NCBI GenBank assembly: GCA_002296225.1
Contig: DBHR01000080.1
Span: 13,362 to 77,361, forward strand
DNA length: 64,000 bases
Direction of reading: 5' to 3'
From: Acidobacteria bacterium UBA823
GTDB taxonomy: Bacteria > Acidobacteriota > Vicinamibacteria > Vicinamibacterales > UBA823
Shown here piece by piece: positions 60,050-64,000 of the stretch. Within the stretch, counting starts at the first letter, position 1. Every line of letters starts with the position of its first letter. The notes beneath the pieces are model-generated. The model ran no database searches. It was not told the origin of the DNA and worked only from the letters and a program-made list of their open reading frames with translations. The translations under genes and the position numbers were made by a program.

Positions 60050-61282
60050 TCACGATGTCGAGTTAAGGCGCCACGGACGGGGCATTCTGGAGCGCTTGAT
60101 AGATCGAGAGCTGGTCAATCCTGAGCATCTCGCGTCGAATTGTTGCCAGAAATCTGGGCTGACATCCCACGGCGGTCTGTGTGGCCTCCGGCGAATCTCA
60201 TCTACGAAGCCAAGCAGTGTTGCCGCGAAATCTCGGTCCAGGAATCGGTTCAGTGCAGCGTCCTGCGCATCGAGAATCGTCTCGCACAGCGCCTGGTTTG
60301 ACACGATCGCGTCGATGAGAGCGGCGATGAAGGACGGATCCTTGTCGTTGTAGAGTACGCCGCCGCCATCCATGGTGTCTGGCACTGCAGTGGCGGCATG
60401 AGCGATCACCGGCAAGCGCTCGTGGAACGCCTCAAGCAGCGGGACACAGAACCCTTCGTGCTCGCTGGCGCAGAGAAAAACGTCGGCGACGTTGTAGAAG
60501 GCAACCAGCTCGGCATCTGTGACTTGACCAACGAAATAGACATCGGGTGTGCGCAGTCTCGCGGTGAGGTCGTCGAGCATTGTCAGGTAATCTTCGAATC
60601 CTGCGTAAGAGCCGACGATGAGTAGCCGTGAACGAGGATTATGCGCCACACGATACGCGTGAAAGAAACGGATCAAATCTTCGATCCGCTTGTGGGGAAT
60701 GACCCGGCCGACAAAAAGGATATTGGTCCACCCGTCGTTAAGCTGCGACGCCAGATTCCAGTCTGGCTCGAGGTCGAGATGAGCGAAGTTCGGCACCACA
60801 GGTAGGACAGCGGTCTGCGAAAAGCCGAAGGTCTCGAGTTCCTGACGATTAAACTCGGAGTCGCCAAGCGCTAGGTCGCACCTCGGTACGAAGGCGCCCA
60901 GTTCGCGCCGGCCTTCCCAGCACCGTAGCGCCAGGGATGGATGCACGTCGATGAGATATTCTGGTGGCGTAATGTTGTGGTAGATGAGTGCCATCCGGCT
61001 CGGCAGTGCATAGGCGGTGCGAGAGGCCCTCGATGCCAGCGAGAAGTGATGAATGAGCAGGTCATTTGCCGTTGCTTCGTCGGGTAGCTCCCAAAACTCT
61101 CGGGTTAGACACTCCAGACTCGGGTCGGCCGTCTCGACAAAAATCTCGGAGGAATAGCCTGCATCACGCAAAACCTGCTGAATGCCAAGCACCTCGTGTC
61201 CGATAGCATCGCCGTAGCTAAGAGTCGCGAGCACCTGATGGGCCACGGGCCGATCGGCGCGCGGTTTAATCGTTGGGGTCAC
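60050..61282 (-). CDS. GT-B glycosyltransferase (group 1), paralogue B
   Basis: LATLSYGDAIGHE, NILFVGRVIPHKRIED and CASEHEGFCVPLLEAFHERLPVIAH. GTG start 3 nt after the upstream stop. Confidence 0.8.
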   Translation of the reverse strand: MTPTIKPRADRPVAHQVLATLSYGDAIGHEVLGIQQVLRDAGYSSEIFVETADPSLECLTREFWELPDEATANDLLIHHFSLASRASRTAYALPSRMALIYHNITPPEYLIDVHPSLALRCWEGRRELGAFVPRCDLALGDSEFNRQELETFGFSQTAVLPVVPNFAHLDLEPDWNLASQLNDGWTNILFVGRVIPHKRIEDLIRFFHAYRVAHNPRSRLLIVGSYAGFEDYLTMLDDLTARLRTPDVYFVGQVTDAELVAFYNVADVFLCASEHEGFCVPLLEAFHERLPVIAHAATAVPDTMDGGGVLYNDKDPSFIAALIDAIVSNQALCETILDAQDAALNRFLDRDFAATLLGFVDEIRRRPHRPPWDVSPDFWQQFDARCSGLTSSRSIKRSRMPRPWRLNSTS

Positions 61283-61285
61283 AAG

Positions 61286-62599
61286 TTACCTCCGCCGCAC
61301 AGTTCGCTGGCCGCGGACGGATTTTAGCGCTGGCCCGGTCGGTAGTGCATCAACGATCTCTCGCGTCGGCGCCACGTTTCTACGCTGTCGGCCAAACCAG
61401 CCTGGCAGTGGTTCCATTGGCTTCGGCGCTTCGTGCTTTAAGTGCTCGAGCACTTCGAGGTATTTTCGTTCGATGACCGGCCAGGCGTAATGTCGTCGAA
61501 AGTACTGTGATCCGTTTCGGCTCAGCGCGGCGTGCAGCGGACGATTTGTCTCGAGTGCATGTAGCGTTTCCGCGAACTCTTCGTAGTTCTTGTAGTAAAG
61601 CCCAGCGTTGCTCCTGATGCATTGTCCCTGAAGGACATCGCAGCAGCCGTTGGCCAGCACCGGTCGGCTCATCGCCCATGCTTCAAGCGTAACCATTGAA
61701 AGACTTTCGAATTGCGATGGCATCACGAGCGCGTGCGCAGCTGCTAGGGCATCAAACTTATCCTGATCTGATACGAATCCCAGATGACGGATCCGTGAGT
61801 GCGAGGGAACCTTAAGAATCGATCGTCCTATCAGAACCAGCTGAAGTGACTTTGAGACCCGTGCCGCATAATTCTTGAAAAAATCGAAGAGTTCTAGACA
61901 GCCCTTATTTTCGTCGATGCGGCCGACATAAACGATGAAGGGCTGTTGGATTTCGAATTTCTGTCGGAACCGATTGGGATCACTGTCAGTTGGAATCTCT
62001 GAGCCGACTCCGACCACGGCATGCCGGACGCTGGCGTTTCCGGTAATCGCCTGGATCATCGCACGTTCTTCGAACGAGTTGTACATGATGCCGCGGACGC
62101 CCCGAAAAATCGGCCCGAAGATTGACAGGCCAATTGCGGGATCACGCTCGGCTGTTGGTACAAGAACCGCGTGAGGAGCGACCGCGCGACATCCATGGTA
62201 GGCGTGGTAGTAGCGGTAGCTGAAGAACAGGCAGAAATCGTAGCTACTACCGTGTCGCCGCAGGTAACGGATTAGTTTGGGACTGGTCGGGCCTTCGCTG
62301 TCGAGCCACGCGAGTTCGTGGGCAACCGAATGCCGATGCTCAAACACACGAGTTGACCACTGGTCGAAGTTCTCCAGGTCTCTCGGTCGCTTGACGGGAA
62401 ATCGGCGGACTAAGAGATTACCCACACGGCTTTCGCCGGGATCGAATTCGTTGCTCCAGAAAATATAGTCCTTGGCGCACGTGGTCAGCACCTCGACCTC
62501 AGCGTGTTTGGCGAGATGCTCGGCTACATACCGGGCGTGGAGCTCGGCACCGCCATTCACGTCGGCGCCATACCGCTGAACGACGACGGCCAGCTTCAC
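61286..62599 (-). CDS. GT4-type (GT-B) glycosyltransferase, paralogue A
   Basis: KLAVVVQRYGADVNGGAELHARYVAEHL, VYVGRIDENKG and PSQFESLSMVTLEAWAMSRPVLAN. The GTG start overlaps the upstream stop (GTGA). Confidence 0.8.
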   Translation of the reverse strand: MKLAVVVQRYGADVNGGAELHARYVAEHLAKHAEVEVLTTCAKDYIFWSNEFDPGESRVGNLLVRRFPVKRPRDLENFDQWSTRVFEHRHSVAHELAWLDSEGPTSPKLIRYLRRHGSSYDFCLFFSYRYYHAYHGCRAVAPHAVLVPTAERDPAIGLSIFGPIFRGVRGIMYNSFEERAMIQAITGNASVRHAVVGVGSEIPTDSDPNRFRQKFEIQQPFIVYVGRIDENKGCLELFDFFKNYAARVSKSLQLVLIGRSILKVPSHSRIRHLGFVSDQDKFDALAAAHALVMPSQFESLSMVTLEAWAMSRPVLANGCCDVLQGQCIRSNAGLYYKNYEEFAETLHALETNRPLHAALSRNGSQYFRRHYAWPVIERKYLEVLEHLKHEAPKPMEPLPGWFGRQRRNVAPTREIVDALPTGPALKSVRGQRTVRRR

Positions 62600-63435
62600 G
62601 ATTCAGGCGTGTCGGCAGCCCCGTCGTCAGGTGCGCGTGGGGTGGCCGCCTCGGGACGTGTCGCCTCTTCAGTTGACGACTCGGTGCCTTGAGTGGGCGC
62701 TGGGCTAGCCGCGACCTCAGCGTCCGGTGAGGGGGCTTGGCCTTGGGGTTCCGCGGTCGTCGTCTCGGCTTCGACGGCCTGATTCGCCTTGCCACTTTGA
62801 GTGGTTCGGCGCCGACCGCCACGCCGTCGCCGTCGCCGGCGCGGGCTCGACGAACCGTCGCCAGGTTCTTCCACATCGGATTGGGTCTTGCGTTTCGTGG
62901 GCGCGCCGGCGACCGGTGGGTTGACTAAACCTTCGAGAGCACGGGCACGGCGCTCATCGAAGTCGAGACGGCTGTTCACCGACTGCACCTGCATCTTTAG
63001 GCTCTTGACCTCGATGCCCAGGCGCGTGATTTCGACGACGAGATTATTGAGGATCTCGTAGTGCAGCGTGTCGAACTCATCTTTTGCAGCAAATCTCGTC
63101 TCAATGTGAGAGTTAATGGCGTTCTGATGGTAGAACAGGAGCCTCAGAAACGGTCGAAGCAAGCGCCGAATAAATATGAGCAGCCGCCGCTTCGCGCTGC
63201 CAGCGATCGGGTAGTTCTCCTCGGGCCACTTCGTCTTGGGCCGCTCGCGGAAATGCTTCAGCAAATCCGAGCGCACGCCGGTGGGATCGAGAATCCGCTC
63301 CAGCTTAACGTTGGCGAGTTCTCGGATCTCCTGTTCGGTGTAGTCGACACCGCGCTTGTCCCGGATCCGCGTCCGGATGTGCCGCATGATCTCTTCAACG
63401 TTGATGGAACCTGCTCGAATCGCAAAGTCAGCCAT
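62596..63435 (-). CDS. Hypothetical protein: conserved-looking N-terminal helical region, coiled coil, Arg-rich/disordered acidic tail
   Basis: MADFAIRAGSINVEEIMRHIRTRIRDKR..., a heptad-like LVVEITRLGIEVKSLKMQVQSVNSRLD, then SSSPRRRRRRRGGRRR and a Pro/Ala/Glu/Thr-rich end. Translationally coupled to GT A. Confidence 0.6.
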   Translation of the reverse strand: MADFAIRAGSINVEEIMRHIRTRIRDKRGVDYTEQEIRELANVKLERILDPTGVRSDLLKHFRERPKTKWPEENYPIAGSAKRRLLIFIRRLLRPFLRLLFYHQNAINSHIETRFAAKDEFDTLHYEILNNLVVEITRLGIEVKSLKMQVQSVNSRLDFDERRARALEGLVNPPVAGAPTKRKTQSDVEEPGDGSSSPRRRRRRRGGRRRTTQSGKANQAVEAETTTAEPQGQAPSPDAEVAASPAPTQGTESSTEEATRPEAATPRAPDDGAADTPES

Positions 63436-63483
63436 GAGCTCTCGATTTCTGGCCTGACGGCGCTGAGCCGCCGGCGGAAAACG

Positions 63484-64000
63484 TCACCAGGGTCGATACA
63501 CGATGAGGACTACCGCCACGGCCCACAGTGCGACGCAGCCCAGCAAGGGCCGGTCTGCCAAGAGTAACTCGGCGGGATCGCCCCCGCTCGCCTTTTGGTG
63601 CACGAGATACAAATACCGAAAAATACCGTACAACGGCAACGGAATCGTCAGACCAAGCCAAGCCGTGCCGAGGCGTGTCTCAACTTCCGGGCTGATGGTG
63701 TAGAAACTGTATGCGATTAGCGTGGCTGCCGTTACCACGCCAATCATCTGATCCAGAAGATACGGGCTGTATTCATCTAGACTCGGCCGATGCTCGGTGG
63801 CGTGCTCGGCGAGCACCAGGATTTCGTGCCGACGTTTACTAAGCGCTAAAAACAAGGCCAGCAAGCTCGTGCAGATCAGTAGCCAGGCGCTGATTGGAAC
63901 CCCGATGACTACGCCGCCCGCTACCACCCGCAAGATGAAACCGACTGCGACCGTCATCACGTCCACGATGACCACGTGCTTCAGCACCGCCGTGTAGAGC
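63484..64000 (-). CDS. UbiA-family prenyltransferase, decaprenyl-phosphate phosphoribosyltransferase (DPPR synthase)-like; N-terminus outside window
   Basis: KHVVIVDVMTVAVGFILRVVAGGVVIGVPISAWLL...SKRRHE...SLDEYS...LPLYGIFRYLYLVHQKASGGDPAELLLADRPLL closely parallels, from memory, the C-terminal two-thirds of mycobacterial Rv3806c-type enzymes. The frame stays open to position 64000. Confidence 0.8.
   Translation of the reverse strand, partial: LYTAVLKHVVIVDVMTVAVGFILRVVAGGVVIGVPISAWLLICTSLLALFLALSKRRHEILVLAEHATEHRPSLDEYSPYLLDQMIGVVTAATLIAYSFYTISPEVETRLGTAWLGLTIPLPLYGIFRYLYLVHQKASGGDPAELLLADRPLLGCVALWAVAVVLIVYRPW

Noticed and set aside
1-64000. Search by eye for CRISPR-like direct repeats, IS elements/terminal inverted repeats, integrase/transposase genes, prophage genes and toxin-antitoxin pairs
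   Set aside because: None found. Gene content is core-chromosomal and co-linear operons are intact. A computational repeat finder could still reveal short dispersed repeats that I cannot detect manually.

Overview
This is a high-GC, gene-dense chromosomal segment from a diderm (Gram-negative-type) bacterium, as shown by lpxD, a TonB-dependent receptor, an RND pump and Sec/Tat/lipoprotein signals. The proteins suggest an Acidobacteriota/Gemmatimonadota-like lineage, but that is inference only. I call about 50 protein-coding genes. Most are core functions: glnS, polA, pcnB, eno-gpmI, acs, serC, lpxD, myo-inositol-1-phosphate synthase and a methylmalonyl-CoA mutase catalytic subunit. There is also a lutABC-oxidoreductase-rhamnulokinase operon, an LMW-PTP/fructosamine-kinase/GT1 operon, and OPT, RND, ZIP and DMT transporters. 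The 3' end carries a glycan-biosynthesis locus: a UbiA-family decaprenyl-phosphate phosphoribosyltransferase homologue, a coiled-coil/Arg-rich protein, and four glycosyltransferases forming two paralogue pairs. This locus lies convergent to a PDZ-containing sensor kinase and a sigma54-dependent response regulator. Two genes run off the window edges and are missing or truncated in the ORF track (1..1865 minus; 63484..64000 minus). I recognised no rRNA, tRNA, CRISPR array, transposase, integrase or phage genes. Many long antisense ORFs in the track are GC-rich shadow frames. The strongest signal is in two same-frame minus-strand ORFs (28744..28061 and 28045..27212). They are separated by a single TGA that sits exactly at the catalytic-Cys position of a thioredoxin-fold domain, and the TGA is followed by a SECIS-like hairpin with a GGUC loop. 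This is a candidate exported selenoprotein with HMA-like (CFFC) and TPR modules. All family calls come from reading motifs by eye; no database search or folding program was available.
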